Assembly: GCA_000697335.1 (NCBI GenBank)
Contig: JNEM01010466.1
Coordinates: 1-33,058 of the forward strand
DNA: 33,058 nt
Source: Conidiobolus incongruus B7586
Taxonomy: Eukaryota
Direction of reading: 5' to 3'
The notes under the pieces are model-generated. The model had not been told where the DNA came from. It searched no databases and saw only the letters and a list, made by a program, of their open reading frames with translations. Position 1 is the first letter of the stretch. Every line of letters begins with the position of its first letter. Of this stretch, positions 21,357 through 33,058 are shown one piece after another. The position numbers and the translations under genes were made by a program.

Positions 21357-23384
21357 ATGTTATTTATTAGATGCTATTTTTTTAATTTGGACTATAGAAT
21401 CTATCAATATATTTTAAAAGGTAAGGGACGTATCTTAATATAAATGTATTTCTTAAAATACATATACTGAAAATTATGAACTTAGCATTATATAAATTTT
21501 TGAGTATTATATTTTTATATATTATAATTAAATATATAATAAATAAAAGTTAATCTCTATAACTGATAGAATATATATATTCCGTTCTCATAGTCTAAGT
21601 ATAAATAATAAACTATACATATTTTAAGCTATCAAGCATACTCATTACTATTAATTATATAATATTGTATTTTTCTTTGATTAAACTATTATATCAATAC
21701 GGTATTTATCCGCAATATTTAATAAATTATGATGATATTCAGATTGTAAATGATTTTCAATATTATATAATCATTTTGATGATAATAATTAAAGTTAAAT
21801 CAAATACTAAATATATCAATTCTATTTATTGAAGATTAAACTTAAGTATACAATCTAAAATTGAATCACTGTGATCATATCTATTTACTAATAATTGGAT
21901 GTTTTTTACATTATATTTTCTTAATAATATATAAATTTATCAAGTTTACTCTATTTTTCTCATCAAAATTATGAAACTATTATCAATATTAAAATGCTTG
22001 AATAGAATAGATAACTTGAAATCATAAGAATTCATATTAGGAGAGTGTATTAAGTATAATAATAACGCTTATTATTATGATATAATAGGATTTTTTACAA
22101 TATAATTTTATTGCAGTCAATATTTTAAGAATTCAAAAACAATTAAATTTATAAAATTAAACAATCTTATTATAACTTCATTTTTAATAATATATTAAAA
22201 AGGTTAAAAAATGTTTTTTATAATATAGATAATTTATAGAAATTTTTAATATTTATATTAACTATTTCAAAAATTTTCATATATTCAAATATTATATATT
22301 TGAGAGAGTTATCTAAATTTTATATATATTATTAATTATTCAGGACAAAATATTTAATATAATTGTTATTAGCTGATATTAATAAAAATACTATATCAAA
22401 ATAGGCTCAAATTAGAAAATATGAACTTAATAACTTATTTAAGTTATGAATTAATTATAACACAAACTGAGTTTAATATCAAGATAATATAAAATATTTA
22501 ATATATATATGTATATATAGTAGTTGTATTTTAGAATTTGAACATGTTAATTAATAATAAATAATACTAATAAAAATATCATTGAGATAAGAATAATAGC
22601 ATATATTAAAACTTAATATTGATTGAAAGTAGTTAAATTATAATAAAAATATATCTTAAAAAAGAAAAAAGAATCTGTATATATTAATTCCATTAAGTGT
22701 GTAAATAAATATAATAAAATATAAATTGAACTTTGATATGAATTCCAGTATAAAAATATATTAGCAATTAAATACTAATTAAACCATAAACCTATTATGA
22801 AAGTTTTGAGGAATGATATTTAAAAAGCTTTAAGAATTTATTTTTGCATCAAAATGATTAAATATTAGGTAACTTTTTAGAATATCCTAATAATAGATAT
22901 ATTTAAAAAAGTATATTCATATTTAATAGGAAATTTCTTATATTATTTAATGATAAAAATCATTTTTTACTCAGTATTGAAATTTTCATTATTTTTTTTA
23001 AAATTATACAATTTAGATGACTAGCTTTAAGCCTGCCTCTCATAAAATATTTCACCTTGCTGATTTTATTCATTTGAAAATAAACAATTCTAAGCTACAA
23101 AGACTCTTTGATATATTTTTTTAATAAAATTAATGTTAAGTATTAAAAATCTAATAAACGACATGTAATTGAAAGAATCAACTTTGAATATTTAATTTTA
23201 AAATAAGATCAATTTACAATGATAAGACAAAATGACATTGTTTAATTTAGTTTTTGAACCTAATTAAACAAAGTATTTTAAGAATTTTGATTGGTACTCT
23301 CTATTTGCACCAAATATTTTCATTTGGAAGGATTTCTAATATTTTCTTTTAACAAAAAAATATGTTTGAATGACTACTATTTAA

Positions 23385-23682
23385 TGATATTAACACGTTT
23401 TGGGAAAGCCATGTCCAGAGCAGTTTAAATAAGAGATTTAGGGAGTTCCAGATAAGTGATAGGGAGATAGGGAGTTTATTGGTTTAAGTCAATAACTGGA
23501 AGGACCTAGATCGAACTCTTCTTTATTGAGGATAGCTCTAATTCCGGGTTTTATATAGAGTGAGTTGGATAAGGTGATTCACGAGATTCTCCGGTGACTT
23601 ACATCATCGGCCAATTAAAAGATAGAGTGGGAGCAGATGGTGTGCGAGGAAGAAATGACTTTAACATTACGTTGATGTAACA
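23385..23682 (-). mobile_element. Probable solo LTR (about 300 bp), unrelated to the 402-775 LTR
   Basis: Sharp GC-rich non-coding island bounded by TG (23385, uncertain) and TGTAACA (23682). On the minus strand it shows TGTTACA start, a CCAAT box (about 23611), TATATAAAA (about 23550), then AATAAA (about 23522 and 23475). No clear TSD. Confidence 0.4.
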
Positions 23683-24036
23683 ATACTTGTGGAGAAAGGA
23701 GTTATCTGTCTCGTGAAAATATAATCATTATAATATGGCATTCAGGTTTCATTTGTTTTTTGATCAATTTATATTATGCCATTATATACATATTATCAGG
23801 AACTTTAATGAGATATTGACGATATAAATGCACTACAAATCAAATATGTCGATTTCATAATTTATAACTATAAAAGTCATATTTATTATCTTTTTTAATA
23901 TTTCATAATAAATGTTTTCTATATAAAATATATGTATTTTGTTAAATAATAAAAAAATGTACTGTATAGTTTCATAATTATTTCCAAAATATATTGATTT
24001 TATATATTTACAGTTATTTTATACCTGATATATCTA

Positions 24037-25350
24037 TTACTTTATAATTTAAATAATGGGAATTTTTTGCAATTGAAAAAAAATAAACATTTTAATATAT
24101 AAAAAGTAAAAATAAATATATATTATAAAATTAATAGTTTCTTTTATTTCTAATAACTTTTTGCTATACTCTTAGCAAAGATCTAATACCTAAAAAATAG
24201 TTCTTTTTATTAAAGACTAAAATTTAATGTTTTACAAACCAATTAAATTTTCCTATAGAAATTTTCTTTCTTATAAGCTAGTTTTTTAATTGCTTAAAAC
24301 AAATATAATCACATAGGTTATAATCTAAAGAATATACTAGATGTAGTAATTTTTTCCAGTTATTTTTAATTAGAAAGTTTTTTACAACTTTAGATTTATG
24401 TATTTTACAATTATCATGCAAAATAATAAGTCTTTTTAAATTATATTGAGAATACCAATTAGAAATAGTTTTATTTAAAAAAAATATAAAATTTACTATT
24501 AATAGATTTTCTTTTAAAAACTAAATAAAAATAGCATATGTTATTATAATCTATTACTATAATTAACATTCACTTATTAATAAAGTGTTTATTTAAAGGA
24601 ATTTGTAGAGGGGGTTGATTTAACTTAATCTAACACTTTGATTTATGTTTTAACAAAAGATTATACAAAAAAATTTAAAATTTATCAATTGTAATAATTT
24701 ATTATAAAAGCTTTGATTTCTAGTTATACCTTAGTAAGTTTTATTTAATAATAACTACTCTAGCTTTTTTTTAATCTTTAGTTAAATTATAAGGTATTTA
24801 TTTTATATTTTTATTAATTAATTTTAATTTAAACTTTAATATATATAAAATACTTATGTAACTAATATTAAAGTATCTTAATAATTCTTTAGTTGAAATA
24901 AAAAAGTAGTTTTTAATATAATTTTTTACTTTATTAACAATTAGAAGAATAATAGTTGAAATTAGTTTTTTAGATTTTAACAGGTTTTAGGTAGTTTTTC
25001 TCCTAGCTTTAAAGTAATTTACTTAACAATAAATTGTTAATTTAGATAATACTTTATTACCAAAAGCTATTTGTAAATTTTAAATGATTTTAAAGGGTTT
25101 GTGGTTAGGTTTTACTAATACTAAAATAGAAAACTTTTAACAGTTATTATTTGGTTTAAACATGATTAAATTAAATAACTAATTTTAAAAAATTAATTTT
25201 TTAATCAAAAAAATTATTATATATATATATATATAACTCAAAACTATTTATTTTCCTATTTGTTTTGTATATATTTGATTATTTGAAACTAATAATATGT
25301 TTGAAAAGTCAGAAATTAAAAAATTTCCCATTTCTTCAATTTTATAATAA
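24037..25350 (-). mobile_element. Degenerate full-length mariner (DD34D) DNA transposon, 1314 bp
   Basis: TA on both sides (24035-36, 25351-52) and degenerate TIRs of about 30 bp (TTACTTTATAATTTAAATAATGGGAA / TTATTATAAAATTGAAGAAATGGGAA). Minus-strand relics K*IPYNLT (WVPHEL, about 24790), IITIDKF*IFLYNL (IVTxDExW, about 24680), ILHDNCKIH-...-LLHLVYSLDYNLCDY (34 residues between the two Asp; 24305-24418) and GIRSLLRV*QKVI...NY* at the C-terminus. Confidence 0.88.
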
Positions 25351-27229
25351 TATTAATTAAATCTTGAATAAAAAACTATTTAGATAATTAATAATTATAG
25401 AATATTGCAAGTTAAATATGATATACAAATGAAATATTTAAGTAGTAAGAATAACTATTCAAATCTTTCTTAGTTCATTTAGCAAAATATAATATTTCTG
25501 AGTTTTAATAGATACTTTATTAGTTTTTATATTAAATTCATTAAAATATTATCAATATTTGAGATTTTATGCAAGTTTGAAAAGTAAAATTGATTTTATT
25601 AGAATAAATAATTCTCATGTATTTTTATATAAAAAGAATTTGTTGTAATATGAACTGAGAAAATATTGATTAATTCTTTTTTTTGATGAAATAAATTTGG
25701 ACAATAAAATTGGAATATGACTTTTTTTAAGTTACTTGTTCATTGATCATCCTTAAAATTAAGATTCAATTGGATCCATTTTATAAATAAATATTAATTA
25801 TTATAACAAATTCCTAGTATTACCAAATCACAGGTATAAATTTATTTTATAAAATATCTTTGTGTATTTATTACTTGATAAAACCTTAATGAGTTTTTAT
25901 ATTTTTGTAATATTATAGATATGTTGAAATGAACTTATATTAAATATCTATTCTATAAAACTTATAATTATTAATAAAGATATATTGAAAGCCAAAATTT
26001 CAAATATTAATGCAAAAAGTTATAAATATTACAAACTTACAAAGAGCTATTTTTCGATAGAAAATGTCTGACTCAATATAGAGTTTCACTACAACAGATG
26101 AACTTATTCAATAGTAAAGATATTTGATAGGTTAAATGAAAATTTAAATTAATGAGCAATTAGATAGAATGTTCGAAATAATTTTGATTATTCTATATTT
26201 ATGATGTCAAAAAATTATCAAATTTAATTCAAGACTTTTTTATTATAATAATATCATTATATTAGACATAATATTTATTTATATTATCATATGATTTAAT
26301 AATATAAAATGGAGGATTCAGAGTAATATTCAGAAATATCCACTTTGCATTTCAACAAACTTCAATTTGTTATGCTTTCTAATTTTAGAATTTTTCATTT
26401 GGGGTGTGTATTTGGACAATATAATAGAATTAACATTCTTTTTAAATTTAGCAAAGTTAAATATTTGTAGTTAATGAATTATTTTTAATGTGGTAATAAA
26501 AGTACACTGATATATACCTCAATCAATGTCGTTTTATTGAATAAAATTTAATTTGGAAATTAAATGATCAACAAAACTATTGGTTTTATAATTGAAAATT
26601 CACCTTTATCAACACCAATTAGCTAAATCAAGGAATAGATTCTTAAAATTAAATAATGGAAATTTGTATTTAATGAAAGATGAATTTAAATCTAAGATTT
26701 TTAATTTATCCCAAACTAAATTTAGTTTAGAATGGTTGATGATTATTAGAAACTGGATCAAGCTAATATATCTAATGGAACTAATAATAAAGAACTTGGA
26801 ATTCATATTATTTGTTAAATATTAACACCATTTAAAGCTAAAAAATCATATCATTGTCGTATATAAATATTTATATATTTATTTATTTATATCTGGCAAA
26901 TTTTAGTCAATAGATGATTATTAAACTATATCTTATTAGAGAGTTAAGTCATGGATTGTTAAAAAGACTTAGAGGAATAATATTTAAACAATGATTTAAG
27001 GTCAATTTTTCCCAACTTCAATATATAAATATTTCAGAAAAACTTTGTAAGAACTAAATCATGTGTATTTCTTCAAAGCAAACTAGTAAGATTTGCTAGT
27101 CATACATTCAAAACTTGAACTATGTTATAGAAAATTTCTTCATAAACATAATTCTTTTCTATGTAAATAGTGCATAAATGGGGTAATGAATAATAAAATA
27201 TTATTACTAAATATTTAATATGTAATATT

Positions 27230-29382
27230 ATAAAGAATTTACTAATATTATTCTTCCTCCAACTTGTGGATGTATTTCAATTTGCTTCGTCTTGCTGAGA
27301 GTTTCGCAATACCAAGTCAAATTCAACATCAACCAGGGCACTTTAAAGCTTACATTGTTCAGTAAAAACATGATAAGAATTCAAGTAGTACCTAATAGAG
27401 CTGGATTCACCGAAAAACCTTTTAATATTGTCATTCAGAAGGACTTTGAATAAGTTGATACGAAAATTCAGGGTAATCCAGACCATTACTTAGTCACCGG
27501 TGGCAGTTTGAACGTCAAGGTTAATAAGAATCCACTCAAGGTCACTATGTTGGGTTCTAACCAGCAGACTTTATGGGAAGAAACTCAACCTCTTGACCTA
27601 AACAGCAAATCTACAGTCCAAACTCTACGCCAATTCGATAATGAACACTTCTATGGTGGTGGTATGCAAAATGGAAGATTCAGTCATCGTAATCAAAACA
27701 TCAATATTACAAAGGATTATAATTGGAATGATGGTGGTAATCCCAACCCTAGTCCATTTTATATGAGTTCCAAGGGTTATGGTGTATTCCGCAACACTTT
27801 CAAACCGGGAAGATACTCTTTTAAGAATCCAGTTAAAACCACTCATGAAGAAAATCGATTTGATGCTTATTACTTCAATGGTCCCAATTTCAAATCGGTT
27901 TTGAACCACTATACCAAACTAACTGGTCGTCCTTTCATGCCTCCTATGTATGGTTTGGAAATGGGTGATGCTGATTGTTACTACAAAACTGCAAATGGAA
28001 GACCTCCTAAGGATACTTTGGTTGATTCCACTAAAGTTGCTCAAGGCTATGTTGACCATGACATGCCCGTCGGTTGGATGTTGGTCAATGATGGCTATGG
28101 CTGTGGTTACACACGTCTTGGTGAGACTAATCAAGCTCTTCTTCAACGCAATGTAACCCTTGGTCTCTGGACTGAGTCTGACCTTGTCAACCAACCTATT
28201 GAAGTTGGCCAATGGGGAGTGCGAGTTCGTAAATTAGATGTCAAATGGGTTGGTCAAGGATATGAATTTGCTTTCAATGCCTGTATGAAAGCATACAGCG
28301 GCATTGAAGACAATAGTGATGCTAGAGGTTTTGTATGGTTAGTTGAAGGCTGGTCTGGTTCCCAAAAGTGTGCAGTCATGTGGACTGGTGACCAATCTGG
28401 TAACTGGGAAAATATTCGTTTCCATATTCCAACCATTCATGGTTCGGGAATGTCCAGTCAAGTTTGGGTTGCTGGTGATGTCGATGGTATCTTCGGAGGC
28501 AGCTCCGAAACTTATATTAGAGATCTCCAATACAGAGTCTTTACTCCAGTATTCATGACTATGAGTGGTTGGGCTCAATTTGATAAGCAACCTTGGAGAC
28601 ATGGTGAACCTGGTACATCTATCAACCGCAAATATCTTAAACTTCGTGAACAACTCTTACCTTATATTTATTCCTACGCTCGTCAAGCTCACACTACTGG
28701 TGTTCCGGTTGCACGTTCAATGGTGCTTGAATACCCCCAAGATCCAAAGACTTGGGATTCTGAAACTACCAAATACCAATACTTATTTGGTGAGTATTTC
28801 CTAGTTGCTCCCGTCTATACTGCAACTACTGTCCGCAATGGAATCTACTTGCCTAAAGGCACCTGGTACGATTACTGGACTACAGCTGTACATAGCGGCG
28901 GCCAAACTCTTAACAGCTACGCAGCTCCTTTGGACCGCATTCCATTACTCGTCAAAGCTGGTGCCATTATTCCCATGTGGCCTGAACTCAATAGTTTCAG
29001 ACAGCGCAGACCTAACCAAAAATTGATCTTGGATCTCTATCCCGATTTCGGTGGAAAACAAACCGAGTTTGAACTTTATGAGGATGATATGTTGACTCGT
29101 GGCTATCAGCAAGGTCAATTCACTACTCAGAAAATTACTTTATCGGCTTCTCAATCAGAAATTCAAGTGTCTGTTGGCGCTTACCAAGGAAGTTACAAAG
29201 GCTCCTCTACCTCTAGACCTTATACAATTAAAGTCCGTTTGGATAAAACTGCTAAAAGTGTTCAACTCGTCAAGGGCAGTCAATCTGAGAATGTAAAATT
29301 TGAACAAAAGGACGGCTTTTTGGTTGCTGAATTGTCTTCTCAACCTACCAATGTGAGCTTTGGAGTTAATATTCAAACTTAA
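27230..29382 (+). pseudogene. GH31 copy D: intact 1.9-kb catalytic ORF with disabled 5' end (probable young pseudogene, or N-truncated gene from ATG 27547)
   Basis: Open from 27454 to 29382 with both catalytic Asp (KLDVKW, WTGDQ). Upstream homologous coding sequence (QVKFNINQGTLKLTLFSKNMIRIQVVP...FTEKP) has an in-frame TAA at 27451. A signal-peptide-like I(ATA)KNLLILFFLQLVDV starts at 27230 in another frame, implying a lost ATG and a frameshift near 27290. Confidence 0.8.
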
Positions 29383-30164
29383 TTTATCACCTTTTTTTAA
29401 TGATAAGTTATAATTATTAAACTAATATTTATTCTAATAATTTTTTAAAATTTATTTTTAATTTTAATAGCTTATTTTTAATTGATTACTTTAGTTTCAA
29501 TATGGATGTTATTAAAAGATCAAACCCTTCATTATATATTCTAAATCCAATATATGATTACAATTGTATTAATTTGATAATTTAAATAAATATACATTTT
29601 AGGTGATATTACATTAATAAATTATTGTTTTTAACCTAAGTTTTTTCAAGGTATCATTTAATAAGATTAATACTAGTTGATACAGGAATATTAATTAAAT
29701 TCTCTATTAACAGATAATACAATATTTAATACCTAATATAAATAACAAATGATTTCAAAATATATTTAATATAAAAAAAATTTATTAAGAATATTATTTA
29801 CATGTTTCTAAAATTTTATGAATTTGAAACTTAATTCTGTCATTATAAAATTCCTAATATTTGACAAATTTTAAACATTTAAATAATATATATTATAGTT
29901 ATCAATTATTGATATTTTGAAAATTTGTAATTTTGTTAATAAAGTATTCTTATGTCATTTGGTTCTCATTTTTAATTCAAAAAAATTTATATTATTATTA
30001 GATAGTTTTGTAAGTAACATGATTCACAATATATTTAATATAGTTCATTTGAAATAATGGTATATACCTGATATTATTGAAATCCAATTATAATATAACT
30101 ATCAATAATTGTATAATTAATTGTTATATTTATTCAAATTCTTAAATGTATTGAAAATAGACTA

Positions 30165-32292
30165 GTTAATGTCAGAATTCAACTTTAAATAAGAAACTAA
30201 TCTTAATAGATGGGTTAGTCAATATGAGAAAGCATCTTTCTGAGTGAATTTTACCTCTTCGGCAAACCGATCGTCCTCCTTGAGAATCGCTTTCTTACCG
30301 GTTTCGTTAATGCGAACCGCGATATCGTAGGCGCGTTCGGTACTTTTACAATTATAGTCACCTTACAACCTGGAATCGGAAACGGGACAATACGAAGGTT
30401 TTGAGTCTGGAGTGAATGACTTGGATAGAGTGCTTGCCAGATTGGAAGCCGAGGATAAGCATACGGTTTTCTTAAAGTTTGGATTTGGTGGTCTTGTCGG
30501 ATGAGAAATATGGATAGAGTTCAATAATTAATTGGACTTTGGGCTTGCTTCGTCCGAAATTATTCACTTCAGGCCATTTGGGAATGATGACACCTCCGCG
30601 AAAAAGAAGGGGAAGACAGCCTGAAGGAATTGTGTAGCCATCAATAGCCTTTTCACCCTTGATAGGTCTTGGGAGCCCAGTAGTCGAACTATTTACTCCT
30701 TGGGGTAGATATTATCAGTCACAGTGGTGGACGCATATAAAGAAGCAACCAAAAAATGTTCACCAAATATATGTTGGTTTTGGTAGTTTAAGAATCCCAA
30801 GTTTTATCATTGTTGAGAGATTGAAAAACGGTGCAACGGACAATAGGAACAGCAGTTGTATGAGCTTGGTGAGTATAGGTATAGGTGTAGAAGAGGAGCT
30901 GTTCAAGGATTTTCTGTACCCGCAGTTGTTACATGTACCAGGTTCATCACTTTTCCATAATTGCTTATTATAACAGCCTATTCTCTAATGTCCATGAATA
31001 AGGGAGTAGATCCCTCGATATACAAATCTCTATATAAGTTTCATCATCACTGTTGGCAATACTATTAAGGTCGCCACTAATTTAAACTTAACTGGAGAGA
31101 CCGTAGCCATGAATATTGGGAATATGGAAAGAAAGAGTCTCCCAGGTAACGAATAAGTCATCAGTCTACATAGCAGTACATTGCTAGGAATTTGGCCAAC
31201 CTTCAATAATTCACACAAATTCACGACTGTTGAATCTTTCAGTGATACCATTGAAAAGAGTGTGGCAAGCAAGTATAGCGAAGTCATAACAAAACCAACC
31301 CATGTACCATCAAGCTTTCAAACGTAGACACCTCATTGACCAACTTCAACTTCTTGGTTGACAAAATCACCATTAGGTCAAAGGCCAATGGTGACATTTT
31401 TTCTAGGCTTTGGTTAGTTAGTCCCAAATAAGAGTGACCACATGCAAATCCGTCATTGGCAATAATATAATCTAAGAGGATATCATTATAAACATAACCT
31501 TGAGCAACTTTAGTAGAGTTGCTCAAAGCGTCTTTTTGAGAGTGGCTGTTAAAAACTTTGTGATAACAATCAGAATTTCTAGTTTTCAAACTATACAAAG
31601 CGGGATAAAAGATCTACCAGGGCCTCAGTTTAATAATTCAAAATATCCTTTAAGTTCGGATATTAGAGGTAATAAGCACAAAATTTCTCTTCATCTTTCC
31701 TAAATTCAACGCTATTTCTGAAGTCGTAGTAGCTAGGAGCAAAACCGTTTCTTCAGGCATCAAAACTTTGTACCGATATAAGAGGGGGTGAGATTGAAAT
31801 TATCAGCAACTCCAAAACGGACATCTGAAATAATATTGATCTTTTAGTGTCTTTAAGAGGATATACCATTTTGCATACCTACACCGAAAATTTTTTGAAT
31901 ATAAAATTGTTTCTAAGTTTGAATTAATTGATTCAAGTTGAATCGAATAGACTAAGCCTCTTGCCAAAGAATAGCATTTTCCTTCTTAATCATTTTAAGT
32001 CTTACAGGATTTGGGTAGATCTTCAAGCCGATATTACAACCAGTAATAAGGAAATTATCCTGACTAATTTCAATTTTGGTAGGAGCTCTTTGCAATTCTT
32101 ACTTGACAACAATGGTGATGACTGGTCCAATGAAGTGTTCACTGGCATTGGCTCGATCGAGTGAAATGTCGTTATTAAAAATGGATGTTTAAAGCTTGAA
32201 AGCATTGGAAGTGAATTGAACCCCATTATATTCAACCAATTTGGTGAATCTTTGTAAATTTTGTGGCTTAATAGCATTGAAATAATTTAATA
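30165..32292 (-). pseudogene. GH31 pseudogene (copy E), old and highly decayed, 5' end interrupted by mariner
   Basis: Minus-strand fragments PQNLQRFTKLVEYNGVQFTSNAFKL*, GNIG-like GCNIGLKIY, STKVAQGYVYNDI...ANDGFACGH, KLDGTWV and EEVKFTQKD align with A/C/D; many stops and frameshifts. 3' end approximate. Confidence 0.9.
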
Positions 32293-32294
32293 TA

Positions 32295-33058
32295 TTACCC
32301 TGTAATTTAAATAATGGAAATTTTTTGCAATTAAATAAGAATACATATTTTAACATATAATATATAAAAATAAATATATAATATAGAATCAATACTCTCT
32401 TTTATTATTAACAACTTTTTGCCATACTTTTGACAAACTTCTAACATCCAAAAACAGTCCTTTTTATTAGTTTAAAATTTGAGGTTTTATAAATTAAATT
32501 TTCTTGCAATAATTTTCTTTCCTATAAGCTAGTTTTTTAATTACCCAAAATAATTATTATCACATAGGTTATAATTTAAAGAATATACTAGATATAGTAA
32601 TTTTTTTAATTATTTTTAATTATAAAATTTTTCCAACTATATGTATTTTATAATTATTAAACAAAATAATTTTCTTATATATTATTAAAAATATTAATAT
32701 AAAATGATTTTTATCAAAAAATGATATAAAAATTTACTTTTAATTAATTTTCTTTAAAAAACAAAATTAGAATTATATATTAATATAACTTAATATAATT
32801 ATTAATATTTATTTATAAATAAAACATTTATTTTCTAAGGATTTATAAAAAGGAATAATTTAACTCAAACAAATATCTTAGTTTATATCTATATAAAAAA
32901 TTTTACAAAATGATTTAAAATATATTAATTATAATAGTCTATCATAAAATCTTTGGTTTTTGATTATAATTTAATAAGTTCCATTTAGCATTAGCTATAT
33001 TAGTTTTTTTAATTTTGATTAAATTATATGGTATTTATTTTTTTATTAATATAAATAT
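32295..33058 (-). mobile_element. Second degenerate mariner copy (runs off the window end)
   Basis: Collinear with 24037 onward from TA|TTACCCTGTAATTTAAATAATGGAAATTTTTTGCAATT; shares e.g. TATAAGCTAGTTTTTTAATT and ATCACATAGGTTATAAT.TAAAGAATATACTAGAT.TAGTAATTTTT. Confidence 0.87.

Noticed and set aside
23719..23795. Imperfect inverted repeat TATAATATGGCAT...ATGCCATTATATA (hairpin/MITE?)
   Set aside because: Short, AT-rich, imperfect and single-copy in the window; compatible with chance.
26592..26825. Two short overlapping ORFs (77 and 65 aa)
   Set aside because: AT-rich, no motifs, no codon bias like the real genes; probably chance, though a decayed relic cannot be excluded.
27385..27471. Possible intron removing the TAA at 27451 in copy D
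   Set aside because: Donor GTAGTA is poor and the removed segment aligns with coding sequence of A/C; it would not repair the upstream frameshift or missing ATG.
1..33058. CRISPR array, prokaryotic operon/defence system or organellar origin
   Set aside because: No regularly spaced repeats or operon structure; the spliceosomal intron, LTR retrotransposon and mariner indicate a nuclear eukaryotic locus.

Overview
Very AT-rich eukaryotic genomic DNA, with a spliceosomal GT-AG intron and fungal-style codon usage; an early-diverging fungus is inferred, not shown. From left to right: (1) a complete but heavily transition-mutated Ty3/gypsy chromovirus on the minus strand (402-6011) with 374-bp LTRs, a 5-bp TSD, and RT, integrase and chromodomain relics; (2) an intron-containing EBP-type sterol D8-D7 isomerase gene; (3) a tRNA-Cys pseudogene; (4) a five-copy cluster of intronless GH31 genes whose active-site motifs (KLDVAW / WTGDQ, DMPxGWxLxNDGYGxGY) resemble bacterial-type GH31 alpha-N-acetylgalactosaminidases (Nag31) rather than ordinary fungal alpha-glucosidases. 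Two copies are intact and carry signal peptides (A+, C-), one has only its 5' end destroyed (D+), and two are pseudogenes (B+, E-). The copies form a patchwork of near-identical tracts consistent with gene conversion. Interspersed are two relics of a DD34D mariner transposon (one inserted in the signal-peptide region of copy E) and a probable solo LTR. The transposons show RIP-like C>T/G>A erosion, whereas the near-identical GH31 duplicates do not. All alignments and counts were done by eye.
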